A DNA stretch of 62,390 nucleotides, the filler included, from a bacterium (lineage in GTDB: Bacteria; JALSQH01), in the NCBI GenBank assembly GCA_027004335.1. It is 9 parts of 9 records of this genome, joined end to end, with 100 filler letters (N's around TTAATTAATTAA, not from the genome) between each part and the next. Parts side by side here need not be neighbours in the genome. Positions count along the whole stretch, not along the records: positions 43,023 to 52,677 come from JALTID010000140.1; positions 52,778 to 62,390 come from JALTID010000141.1; 7 more parts are not named here. One strand, written 5' to 3'. Positions 49,624-58,532 of the stretch are shown in pieces. The notes beneath the pieces were generated by a model. It was not told the origin of the DNA and made no database searches. It saw only the letters and a program-made list of their open reading frames with translations. Position 1 is the stretch's first letter. The number at the start of each line of letters is the position of its first letter. The position numbers were made by a program, and so were the translations under genes.

Positions 49624-50311
49624 CTTCTGCCTCTAATTTTTTAAGAGCATCTTTTGCCGCTTCCAGTTCTGCCTCTTTTATACTTTTCCCTCTTCCCCTT
49701 CCGGCAGGAGACTTCTTTACCACAACTTCAACCTCATATACCCTGTCATGGGGAGGTCCCTCTTCAGAGATGACATTATAAATGGGCAGAGTTGAAAATT
49801 TTTTCTGTACAAGTTCCTGCAGAAGGCTCTTATAATTTTTAGAATTTTCCGATCTAAAAAGTTTACTCTCCATACCTCCTATTATCAGTTTTTCAGCAAT
49901 CTTTCTTGCAGCATCATACCCACCATCAATAAAAACAGCTCCGATAATCGCTTCAATGGTGTTGGAGAGAATCGATCTCCTGTTTTTTCCACCCTGTCTC
50001 ATCTCACCTACCCCAAGAATAATAAATTCACTCAGTCCAATCTTTAGAGCATCATCAGCCATGGTTTCTCTATTCACAAGCATGGATCTCATCTTTGTAA
50101 GCTCCCCTTCAGGCAACTGAGGAAATTTCTTAAAAAGATATTCAGAAACAACAAGTTCCGCCACAGCATCTCCAAGGAATTCAAGCCTTTCATAATGAGG
50201 AACATCATGCCCATCTCCCGCATATGAAGGATGAGTAAGAGCTTCTAATAGCAAATTCTTATCTTTAAATTGATATCCCAGGATTTTCTCCAGTCTCAAT
50301 AAGTTTTCCAT
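49607..50311 (-). CDS. rnc: Ribonuclease III
   Basis: ALTHPS, ERLEFLGDAV, EAIIGAVFIDGG and a dsRBD (YKSLLQE...GPPH...AA). Start set at the ATG at 50311. Confidence 0.97.
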   Translation of the reverse strand: MENLLRLEKILGYQFKDKNLLLEALTHPSYAGDGHDVPHYERLEFLGDAVAELVVSEYLFKKFPQLPEGELTKMRSMLVNRETMADDALKIGLSEFIILGVGEMRQGGKNRRSILSNTIEAIIGAVFIDGGYDAARKIAEKLIIGGMESKLFRSENSKNYKSLLQELVQKKFSTLPIYNVISEEGPPHDRVYEVEVVVKKSPAGRGRGKSIKEAELEAAKDALKKLEAEDENIF

Positions 50312-51569
50312 AACCAAATCTTCCCTTTGAAGCAATTACTTTTACTTTATAAATCATATTCGGGGTAAGCTTACCACCTGTCAGAACAGGGAGGTAATTT
50401 TCTGCATAACCAAACCAGCCATTATCTTTTTTTTCTTCAACAAGAACACTCAGAACCTTTCCCTCATTTGCCATAGCCCATTTCTCTCTTAACATTCTAT
50501 CAATTCTCTTCATTTCTTTCATTCTTTCATGTTTAATTTCAGATGGTACTTTGTCTGAAAATGTTGAAGATGGGGCATAAGGTCTATCAGAGTAAGTAAA
50601 AGGATGAATATAACTTACCCCCAGATCAAGAAGAAGTTGCCTAGTTCTCTCAAACATTTTCTCCGTCTCCCCAGGGAAGCCAACAATCACATCCACACCG
50701 ATGGATGGATTCTGGAAAAACCTGTAAATTTTATCAACAACTCTCACAATATCCCTGACTCTGTATCTTCTTCCCATTTTCTTAAGCAGAATATCACATC
50801 CAGTCTGAAAGGACAGGTGAAAGTGAGGAACAATGTTGGGAGAATCTAAAATAATTTTCAGGAATCGCTCTGAGACCTCATTAGGGTCAAGAGAGGTGAG
50901 GCGAACTCTCAGAAATCTCTTTCTCCTTGAAATTTCCCAGAGCAATTTTTCAAAGGATTCACCTCTCTCTTTCCCATAAAGTCCAAGATGTATACCAACA
51001 ATAACAACCTCTTTATATCCCGCGGAAAATATCTTTTCCATCTCTTCAATAACTCTACCGATGGGAACGCTTCTGCTTTTTCCCCTTGTATATGGGACAA
51101 CACAGTAGGTACACATCAGGTCACATCCTTCTTGGATTTTCAAAAAAGCTCTGGTGGTAGTGAAAATAGTGTCACCGAAGCATTTAAGCTCTTTGAGGCT
51201 TCTAAGTTCATCCCTATAAATTCCCGGTGGAACCTCTCCTCTCAATATTTTTAAAATATTCTCTTTTTTAGAAGTACCTACCACATAATCTGCCCAGCCC
51301 TTATCAATTAAGTCATCATCTCCAATTTCCGCTCCACATCCAGTATAGATCACAACGGCAAACGGGTTTCTCTTCTTTGCCTGATGGGCGTATCTCCTGC
51401 TCTCCTGCTGAGCCTTTTTTGTAACAGCACAGGAATTAACTATATAAAAATCCGCATCTTCCTTAAAACTAACCTCAATAAAATCCTCTGGCAGATGTCC
51501 TCTTATCCATGTCTCATCATAATAGTTCACCTTACAACCAAGGGTATGAAATGCTATCTTCTTCACCAT
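50265..51569 (-). CDS. mtaB: tRNA t6A37 methylthiotransferase MtaB
   Basis: TLGCKVN, NSCAVT, TGC, TRAFLKIQEGCDLMCTYC (radical SAM), DVIVGFPGE and a TRAM-like C-terminus. Confidence 0.9.
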   Translation of the reverse strand: MVKKIAFHTLGCKVNYYDETWIRGHLPEDFIEVSFKEDADFYIVNSCAVTKKAQQESRRYAHQAKKRNPFAVVIYTGCGAEIGDDDLIDKGWADYVVGTSKKENILKILRGEVPPGIYRDELRSLKELKCFGDTIFTTTRAFLKIQEGCDLMCTYCVVPYTRGKSRSVPIGRVIEEMEKIFSAGYKEVVIVGIHLGLYGKERGESFEKLLWEISRRKRFLRVRLTSLDPNEVSERFLKIILDSPNIVPHFHLSFQTGCDILLKKMGRRYRVRDIVRVVDKIYRFFQNPSIGVDVIVGFPGETEKMFERTRQLLLDLGVSYIHPFTYSDRPYAPSSTFSDKVPSEIKHERMKEMKRIDRMLREKWAMANEGKVLSVLVEEKKDNGWFGYAENYLPVLTGGKLTPNMIYKVKVIASKGRFGYGKLIETGENPGISI

Positions 51570-52591
51570 CTCTCCTCAATTATCCCTCCACCGAGGAGTA
51601 CATCTTTATCATAAACAGCAGCAATCTGACCCGGAACGATTACACGGGGTTCATCAAAAACAATCATGCAATTATTATCTTTATATATTACCTTCCCTTT
51701 AAATGGAGGGGCACGATACCTTATCTGAATAAGATAATCTTTTCCCTCTTCAGGTTTAACAAACCAGTTACATGCAGAAACTCTCATTTTCTTCCAGCCA
51801 AGTCTATCTTTCGTTGTAACAAAAACATTTCCAGTAGCAGCATCGATCTCAGCAACATAAAGAGGTTTTCCATAAGCCACTCTTAGCCCCTTTCTTTGAC
51901 CCACGGTATATCTGTAATAGTCATCTATTTTTCTTAACTTCTCTCCTCCTGGACCAAGTATCCAACCATTTTTCCTTCTCTTAATCTTATTCTCAATAAG
52001 TCCCCAGAATTTTTTATCCACAAAACATATTTCCTGACTCTTCTTTTTTATTCTAAAACCCTTCTTTTTTACATAATCTTCCACATCTTTTCTCAACTTA
52101 TCATGCAGGGGAAAAACAATTCTCTCCAGTACCGATGGAGTCACAAGAGCAAGAAAATATGATTGTTCAATTCTTGGTTCCCTCCCCCTTCTTATCACAG
52201 GAGAACCTCTGTATTCTCCTATACCCGCATAATGTCCCGTGGCAATTTTATCACCGTTTTTCAAATTAATCCTATCAAGGAAAGCCCCGAACTTTATAAA
52301 TCTGTTACAGAGAGTACAGGGATTGGGAGTTTTTCCAGAAAGATAGGTCTTAACAAAATAGTCTATGATCTTTTTTTCAAATTCCTTTCTCACCTCAACT
52401 ACCGTGCAACGCACCCCTAACTTCTCAGCAATCCTGCAAGCATCAGAAACGATCTTCTGTGCATAAGGAAAAGAAGGATAATCCTCAGGAATCCAGTCCA
52501 TAGTTACTACCTCTACCTGAACACCCATCTCAATAAAAATTAAAAGTACTGCTGTACTATCAACACCACCACTGAACGCTATATAATACAT
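51563..52591 (-). CDS. mnmA: tRNA 2-thiouridylase MnmA
   Basis: SGGVDS, TPNPCTLCN..IKFG, ATGHYA, QSYFL, SQEICF, TVGQRKGL and PGQ. Confidence 0.96.
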   Translation of the reverse strand: MYYIAFSGGVDSTAVLLIFIEMGVQVEVVTMDWIPEDYPSFPYAQKIVSDACRIAEKLGVRCTVVEVRKEFEKKIIDYFVKTYLSGKTPNPCTLCNRFIKFGAFLDRINLKNGDKIATGHYAGIGEYRGSPVIRRGREPRIEQSYFLALVTPSVLERIVFPLHDKLRKDVEDYVKKKGFRIKKKSQEICFVDKKFWGLIENKIKRRKNGWILGPGGEKLRKIDDYYRYTVGQRKGLRVAYGKPLYVAEIDAATGNVFVTTKDRLGWKKMRVSACNWFVKPEEGKDYLIQIRYRAPPFKGKVIYKDNNCMIVFDEPRVIVPGQIAAVYDKDVLLGGGIIEERW

Positions 52592-52677
52592 CAGAACTTA
52601 ACCATAATAGATTGAATTAGAGAATAGTAGACCCTTTTAGCAGGTTCAGGGTGACTGCCAGGAATCACTCTCCCCTC
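52591..52677 (-). CDS. C-terminal fragment of an unidentified gene
   Basis: Open frame EGRVIPGSHPEPAKRVYYSLIQSIMVKF*, whose TGA overlaps the mnmA ATG (TGATG). Confidence 0.5.
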   Translation of the reverse strand, partial: EGRVIPGSHPEPAKRVYYSLIQSIMVKF

Positions 52678-52777
52678 NNNNNNNNNNNNNNNNNNNNNNN
52701 NNNNNNNNNNNNNNNNNNNNNTTAATTAATTAANNNNNNNNNNNNNNNNNNNNNNNNNNNNNNNNNNNNNNNNNNNN
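52678..52777. other. Artificial contig linker
   Basis: N44-TTAATTAATTAA-N44. Confidence 0.99.
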
Positions 52778-52924
52778 CTCTTCACCTACCCTGATAATTT
52801 CCTTACCGGGATCAAAAACATAACCAAAGATCTTTCCTGAAGACCAGTCATAGTCAAGAGAACCAACTTCATCTAATTTGCGTAAGATTTCTTCCCTGCT
52901 CAATCCTTTTTCAGGTAGTTCCAT
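52778..52924 (-). CDS. N-terminal fragment of a group II PLP decarboxylase / sphingosine-1-phosphate-lyase-like protein
   Basis: LPEKGLSREEILRKL...D.DWSSGKIFGYVF resembles the LP..G...D..W..G...G.VY start of this family. AAGGAG RBS. Only 49 aa are visible. Confidence 0.65.
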
Positions 52925-53118
52925 AGCACACTCCTTTTTCAGTTTGTGGTAAATTATAAACTAAAAATTTAAAAAGGGCAAAGGGGAACCTGTTTAAAAA
53001 ACGGAAATGTAACTATACATACTGAAACCTTATAAAAATTAGAAAGTAGTTCGTATGAATCTGGACTGAAACAAGCATGAGTCAATTCCATTTTTTCTTC
53101 GCTATTTTTCAAAAAAAG

Positions 53119-53127
53119 TGTTATAAT
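53119..53127 (+). promoter_or_regulatory. Putative extended -10 promoter of the por-bfu operon
   Basis: TGtTATAAT in the AT-rich intergenic region, 86 nt upstream of porC. Confidence 0.55.
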
Positions 53128-53213
53128 AAATTTAATAGTAATTGTTGTTTTAAAAGATTATAAAACCTCTTAGATGGGGATGAGCTTTTTGTAATGGAAC
53201 AGGTTCCAGAGCT

Positions 53214-53759
53214 ATGATAGAGATCAGGTTTCACGGAAGAGGCGGTCAAGGTGCTGTTACATCTGCTGAGATACTTGCTCAGGCAGCAATAGAGGAAGGT
53301 GAATATGCCACAGCTTTTCCCTCCTTTGGGTCCGAGCGAAGAGGCGCGCCTGTTTTAGCTTTTACCCGCATTGATAAAGAACAGATCAAATTGAGAACAG
53401 GTATCTATCAGCCAGATATTGTGGTTGTTCTTGACCCTACATTGATAGAAAGTCATAATGTTGCAGAAGGTCTTAAGAAAAATGGCCTTGTTGTGATCAA
53501 TACAAAGAAACCTCCTGAATTCTGGAAGGAAGAGATTGGGGTCAACAGAGTATGTACGGTAAAAGCTACAGTTATTGCTATGCAGGAACTTGGAGTCCCC
53601 ATAACAAATATTATTATGCTGGGTGCGCTTCTCAAAGCTGAACCCTTGGTGAGGCCTGAGATGATTGAGAAGAGGATAAGAGAGAGATTTCCCCATATAG
53701 CTGAGAAAGAGGTTAGAGCCTTTGACAGAGCAATTAATGAAAGCAGGGTAATACAATGA
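53214..53759 (+). CDS. porC: Pyruvate/2-oxoacid:ferredoxin oxidoreductase gamma subunit
   Basis: [35 protein letters not shown] and NIIMLGA. Confidence 0.95.
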
Positions 53760-54049
53760 AACTATCGGAAAAGCCCAAATGGCAGGAACTTCCCCTCGCT
53801 GCAAGTATAGTTGAACCTGCAACAAGTCTTGAGTACAAAACAGGGGATTGGAAGACCTTAAAGCCAGTTGTTGACACCACCAAGTGTATAAGATGTGCGA
53901 CCTGCTATATTTTCTGTCCCGAAGCAGCTTATGAGGAAAATGAAGAGGGATACTTTCTTCCCAATTATGATTACTGTAAGGGTTGTGGAATTTGTGCAGT
54001 TGAATGTCCTGCCATGTGTATTCAAATGGTGGAGGAAGAGGCTGAGTAA
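53756..54049 (+). CDS. porD: Pyruvate/2-oxoacid:ferredoxin oxidoreductase delta subunit (2x[4Fe-4S])
   Basis: KTGDW..KP, CIRCATCYIFCP and YDYCKGCGICAVECP. Confidence 0.95.
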   Translation: MKLSEKPKWQELPLAASIVEPATSLEYKTGDWKTLKPVVDTTKCIRCATCYIFCPEAAYEENEEGYFLPNYDYCKGCGICAVECPAMCIQMVEEEAE

Positions 54050-55227
54050 TGGCACATAGAACAGGAATTGAGGTAAGTCTTGCGATAGCAGAAGCTGCCA
54101 GGCAGGCAGAAGTAGAGGTGATTTCTGCTTATCCAATTACCCCCCAGACTCATATAGTTGAAAGGCTTGCTAAGATGGTAGCTGATGGTGACCTTGAAGC
54201 TGATTTTATTACAGTTGAATCAGAACATACCGCCATGAGTGCAGCAGTTGGTGCATCTTTAGCGGGAGCAAGGGCATTTACTGCTACATCGTCTCAAGGT
54301 CTGGCTCTAATGGACGAAATAGTCTACCTTGCTTCCAGTCTGAGAACTCCAGTGGTTATGGCACTTGCTAACAGAAGTCTTTCCGGACCTATTTCCATAT
54401 GGAACGATCATTCAGATATTATGAATGTAAGAGATGCAGGCTGGATTTCTATTTTTGCCAATAATGGGCAGGAGGCGTATGATTTAACTCTCATGGCATA
54501 TAAAATAGCTGAAGATCATAGGGTGTTGCTCCCCGTCATGATTTCATTTGATGGATTTATTCTAACTCATATGATTGAGCCAGTTTGTGTTTTTGATGAT
54601 GAGGAAATTAAAGGTTATCTCCCACCTTTTAATCCTCCTTATAAGGCTGACCCTGAACATCCAGTTACATTTGGCCCGGTAGGGGTTCCAGATATTTACA
54701 CTGAAGCAAAGAAACAGCAAGACTTTGCCATAAGGAGTTCTATCAGCGTAATAAAAGAAGTGTTTGCAGATTTTGAGAAAGAGTTTGGAAGGAAATACAA
54801 ACCTGTAGAATCCTATATGGCTGAAGATGCAGATGTGATATTACTTTCTCAGGGATCAGTTTATGAAACAACTGAGATAGCGGTTGATAGGTTGAGAAAA
54901 GAAGGTAAAAAGGTTGGGTCTGCTGAGGTTAGACTCTGGCGTCCCTTCCCATTTGAGGACCTGAGAAAAGCAGTTGCCAATGCGAAAGTCGTTGTGGTGC
55001 TTGATAGAGCTATATCTTTTGGTGGACAGCCTGGCCCGCTTTTAGGAGAAATTAGAAGTGCTTTGTATCCATTGGAGAAAAAACCTGGAGTGATCGGGGT
55101 GACAGCCGGGCTTGGAGGAAGGGATATAATGATTCAGGATTATGAAAAGATGTTTGAATATGGGTACAATTACCTTAAAACAGGTAAGGAACCTGAAGCA
55201 GTAACAATTGTGGGGTTAAGAGAATGA
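54049..55227 (+). CDS. porA: Pyruvate/2-oxoacid:ferredoxin oxidoreductase alpha subunit
   Basis: AYPITPQT, VESEH, TATSSQGL, NR, DHSD, DGFILTH, RPFP and GLGGRD. Confidence 0.95.
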   Translation: MAHRTGIEVSLAIAEAARQAEVEVISAYPITPQTHIVERLAKMVADGDLEADFITVESEHTAMSAAVGASLAGARAFTATSSQGLALMDEIVYLASSLRTPVVMALANRSLSGPISIWNDHSDIMNVRDAGWISIFANNGQEAYDLTLMAYKIAEDHRVLLPVMISFDGFILTHMIEPVCVFDDEEIKGYLPPFNPPYKADPEHPVTFGPVGVPDIYTEAKKQQDFAIRSSISVIKEVFADFEKEFGRKYKPVESYMAEDADVILLSQGSVYETTEIAVDRLRKEGKKVGSAEVRLWRPFPFEDLRKAVANAKVVVVLDRAISFGGQPGPLLGEIRSALYPLEKKPGVIGVTAGLGGRDIMIQDYEKMFEYGYNYLKTGKEPEAVTIVGLRE

Positions 55228-56189
55228 TAAAGACTACAAGACCCAGAGAAGGCTTCCTTAATATCTTTGCCTATCAAACTGTGACAAGAGAAGAATACTT
55301 TGTTAGAGGTCACAGAGCGTGTCAGGGTTGTGGTGCCGCTCTGGGATTAAGATTAATTATGAAGGAAGCAGGTCCAAATACTATCGTGGTTAATGCTACA
55401 GGGTGCATGGAAATAATAAGTTCTCCCTACCCTTACACATCATGGGCTGTACCATGGATCCATGTTGCTTTTGAAAATGCTGCCGCAGTTGCCAGTGGTG
55501 TTGAATCTGCGATTAAGATTTTGAGAAAAAAGGGGAAAATACCGGAAGATAAAGAAATAAATATCATTGTGTTTGGTGGTGATGGTGGTACAGCGGATAT
55601 AGGAATTCAGGCATTATCAGGTGCATTGATAAGAGGTCATAAATTTCTCTATGTTTGTTACGATAATGAAGCATATATGAATACAGGGGTTCAGGGTTCT
55701 TCTGCAACTCCCTATGGTGCATCAACTACCACCACTCCAGCAGGGAAGATGAGCATTGGGCAGGGATACTGGAAAAAGAATTTAGTGGAAATAACTGCTG
55801 CTCACAGGATTCCCTATGTGGCAACTGCATGTCCGAGCTATCCTCTTGATCTTATGAAAAAAGTAAGAAAAGCCCTTGATGCTGATGGACCTTCTTTTAT
55901 TCACATGTTTTCAGTTTGTCCGACGGGGTGGGGAACTCCTCCTGAGCTTACCATAAGAATAGGAAGGCTTGCAGCGGAGACAGGAATGTTCCCACTTTAT
56001 GAAATAGATCACGGAAAATATAAGTTGACACTGGACCTACCCAATGGGCTTAGACCCATTGAGGATTTTCTTAAAGTTCAGAAGCGCTTCAGGCACTTAA
56101 CGAAGGAAGATATTGAAGTAATCCGTAATCGTGTTCAGGAGGAGTATGATAGATTGAAAAAAATGGAAAGATTTACTCAGGAAGAATGA
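55224..56189 (+). CDS. porB: Pyruvate/2-oxoacid:ferredoxin oxidoreductase beta subunit
   Basis: GHRACQGCG, ATGC, FENAAA, GGDG...YDNEAYMNTG (TPP-binding) and CPTGW. Confidence 0.95.
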   Translation: MIKTTRPREGFLNIFAYQTVTREEYFVRGHRACQGCGAALGLRLIMKEAGPNTIVVNATGCMEIISSPYPYTSWAVPWIHVAFENAAAVASGVESAIKILRKKGKIPEDKEINIIVFGGDGGTADIGIQALSGALIRGHKFLYVCYDNEAYMNTGVQGSSATPYGASTTTTPAGKMSIGQGYWKKNLVEITAAHRIPYVATACPSYPLDLMKKVRKALDADGPSFIHMFSVCPTGWGTPPELTIRIGRLAAETGMFPLYEIDHGKYKLTLDLPNGLRPIEDFLKVQKRFRHLTKEDIEVIRNRVQEEYDRLKKMERFTQEE

Positions 56190-56680
56190 AAATGCCTCAG
56201 CTTCCAGTTGAACCTGCAAAAGCAGTTTCTGAAATTTTAAGTCGGTATCACGGTGATCCTGCGAGGATGATAGAAATTCTCCAGGACCTTCAGGAAATCT
56301 ATAGGTATTTACCGAAAGAGGTCATTGAAGAAGTTTCTCATCAGACAGAGATCCCGATAAACAGGATTTATCATATTGCAACATTTTATAAAGCCTTTCA
56401 TCTTGAACCGAGAGGTGAAACTATAATAACAGTATGCACAGGAACTGCCTGTCATGTGAGAGGTTCTTTCAGAACCCTGGATCTGCTTTCCGAACGTCTT
56501 GGCGTTAAACCTAATGAGACAAGTGGTGATTTGAAATATACTCTTGAAACAGTAGGTTGTGTAGGCGCATGTGCGCTTGGCCCTATAGTGATCATAAATG
56601 GGAAATACTATGGACATATGACTCCAGATAGGATGGACAGGGTACTTAAAAGGATGGGAATAATTGAGAAGTATTCGTAA
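56186..56680 (+). CDS. NuoE/HydC/BfuC-like [2Fe-2S] subunit
   Basis: LQDLQ..YRYLP, IATFY, VCTGTACHVRG and GCVGACALGP (four Cys). Confidence 0.93.
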   Translation: MKMPQLPVEPAKAVSEILSRYHGDPARMIEILQDLQEIYRYLPKEVIEEVSHQTEIPINRIYHIATFYKAFHLEPRGETIITVCTGTACHVRGSFRTLDLLSERLGVKPNETSGDLKYTLETVGCVGACALGPIVIINGKYYGHMTPDRMDRVLKRMGIIEKYS

Positions 56681-58532
56681 AAAAGAAGATCTCCTGAATT
56701 TATATGAAAATTTGCGGAAGGAGAGAGAGAAGCAAGGAAAGTTTATCTCTGTTTGTGTAGATACAGGATGTCTGGCCACTGGTTCTGGAGCGGTTTTTTC
56801 TGCTCTCAAAGAGGAAATTGCAAAAGCGGGACTGAACCCTGAGGGGGAGGGAGTCAAAAAAATACTCAGGGGAACAGGCTCATTAGGTTTTGATAGTGAG
56901 AATCCAGTTGTTGTAATTTACCCTGAAAAAATATTTTATAGAAAAGTTAGGCCTGGAGACGCGAAATATATTGTACATAAGACTCTTTTAAACGGTGAGA
57001 TTATTGAGAGGCTTCTATATAAGGATCCTGAAACAAATGAACCAATTCCTTATCTGGATGATATCCCGTTTTATAAGCATCAGAAGCGTCTTCTGCTGGC
57101 AAATCATGGAATAATTGATCCTTTAAGCATTGAAGAATATATTTCAATAGGGGGATACCAGGCGCTTCTCAAAGCTCTTACGGAAATGGAACCACCCCAA
57201 ATAGTGGAAGAGGTAAAAAAGTCAAAGTTGAGAGGGAGAGGAGGCGCAGGTTTTCCAACCGGAATCAAGTGGGAAGATGCGGCTAAGAGGGATTCAGACA
57301 TAAAGTATGTTATATGTAACGCTGATGAAGGTGATCCTGGTGCTTATATGGATAGGTCTTTGTTAGAGGGGGATCCGCATAGCGTAGTTGAAGGGATGAT
57401 TATCGGTGCCTATGCAGTAGGTGCAAGCCACGGATATATTTATGTAAGAAGAGAATATCCAAAAGCTCTGGAAAGCGCTACAAAGGCAATAGAAGATGCA
57501 CGGGAAGCAGGATTGCTGGGGGATAATATTCTGGGAACGGGTTTTTCTTTTGATATAGAAATAGCAAGGGGAGGAGGAGCTTTTGTTGCTGGAGAATCAA
57601 CGGCTCTGATGGCTTCAATTGAGGGGAAGCCTGCTGAACCTCACACCAAATATATCCATGCTACGCAGGCTGGACTTTACAGTAAGCCTACAGTTTTAAA
57701 TAATGTGGAGACATGGGCAAATGTTCCAATTATTATAAATAAAGGAGCTGACTGGTATGGAAATATAGGGACCGAGAAAAGCAAAGGAACCAAGATATTT
57801 TCCCTTGTTGGTGCTGTAAAGAACTCCGGGCTTGTAGAAGTTCCCATAGGAACAACTCTGAGGGAGGTAATCTTCGATATCGGTGGTGGTATCGCCAGCG
57901 AGAAAAAGTTTAAGGCGGTACAAACAGGTGGACCATCGGGGGGGGTTCTCCCTGAATCTCTTCTGGACATGCCTATTGATTTTGATACATTAACGAAGGC
58001 TGGTTCAATGATGGGCTCAGGTGGTATGATTATCATGGATGAGCATACATGTATGGTGGATGTAGCTCGCTATTATATTGATTTTCTTTCCAAAGAATCC
58101 TGTGGAAAATGTACCCCGTGCAGGGAAGGGCTCAGGCAGATGTTAGATATTCTCACCAGGATTACTCAGGGGGAGGCAACAATGGATGATCTTGACCTCC
58201 TTGAGGAACTTTCATATGTTGTTAAAGATGCGAGTTTATGTGGACTGGGTCAGACTGCTCCCAATCCAGTTCTTTCTACTCTTAAATATTTTAGGGATGA
58301 ATATGTAGCTCATGTAAGAGATAAACATTGCCCTGCCGGTGTCTGTGCTGCATTGATAGAATATGAGATCATTCCAGAAAAATGCACTGGTTGTCTTGCA
58401 TGTAAGGTAAGATGTCCAGTGGGTGCAATTGAAGGGGAAAAAGGAGAAGTTCACAAAATAGATCCAGATAAGTGCATAAGGTGTGGAATCTGCATGGAAG
58501 TGTGTACATTTGATGCAGTGAGGATAAAGTGA
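56664..58532 (+). CDS. NuoF/HydB/BfuB-like FMN and NAD(P)H-binding subunit, long form with C-terminal 2x[4Fe-4S]
   Basis: LRGRGGAGFPTG.KW, CNADEGDPGAYMDR, NNVET, GGPSG, ESCGKCTPCREG, SLCGLG, H...CPAGVC, CTGCLACKVRCP and CIRCGICMEVC. Confidence 0.95.
   Translation: MRSIRKKEDLLNLYENLRKEREKQGKFISVCVDTGCLATGSGAVFSALKEEIAKAGLNPEGEGVKKILRGTGSLGFDSENPVVVIYPEKIFYRKVRPGDAKYIVHKTLLNGEIIERLLYKDPETNEPIPYLDDIPFYKHQKRLLLANHGIIDPLSIEEYISIGGYQALLKALTEMEPPQIVEEVKKSKLRGRGGAGFPTGIKWEDAAKRDSDIKYVICNADEGDPGAYMDRSLLEGDPHSVVEGMIIGAYAVGASHGYIYVRREYPKALESATKAIEDAREAGLLGDNILGTGFSFDIEIARGGGAFVAGESTALMASIEGKPAEPHTKYIHATQAGLYSKPTVLNNVETWANVPIIINKGADWYGNIGTEKSKGTKIFSLVGAVKNSGLVEVPIGTTLREVIFDIGGGIASEKKFKAVQTGGPSGGVLPESLLDMPIDFDTLTKAGSMMGSGGMIIMDEHTCMVDVARYYIDFLSKESCGKCTPCREGLRQMLDILTRITQGEATMDDLDLLEELSYVVKDASLCGLGQTAPNPVLSTLKYFRDEYVAHVRDKHCPAGVCAALIEYEIIPEKCTGCLACKVRCPVGAIEGEKGEVHKIDPDKCIRCGICMEVCTFDAVRIK

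Noticed and set aside
52985-53207. 10-bp inverted repeat GGAACCTGTT/AACAGGTTCC and a Rex-like box near 52944
   Set aside because: The repeat is short, with no target duplication or internal element, and the Rex consensus match is poor.
57938-57945. G8 tracts here and at 542-549 as phase-variation sites
   Set aside because: Both are in frame and encode conserved Gly-Gly. They are short and there is no evidence of length variation.
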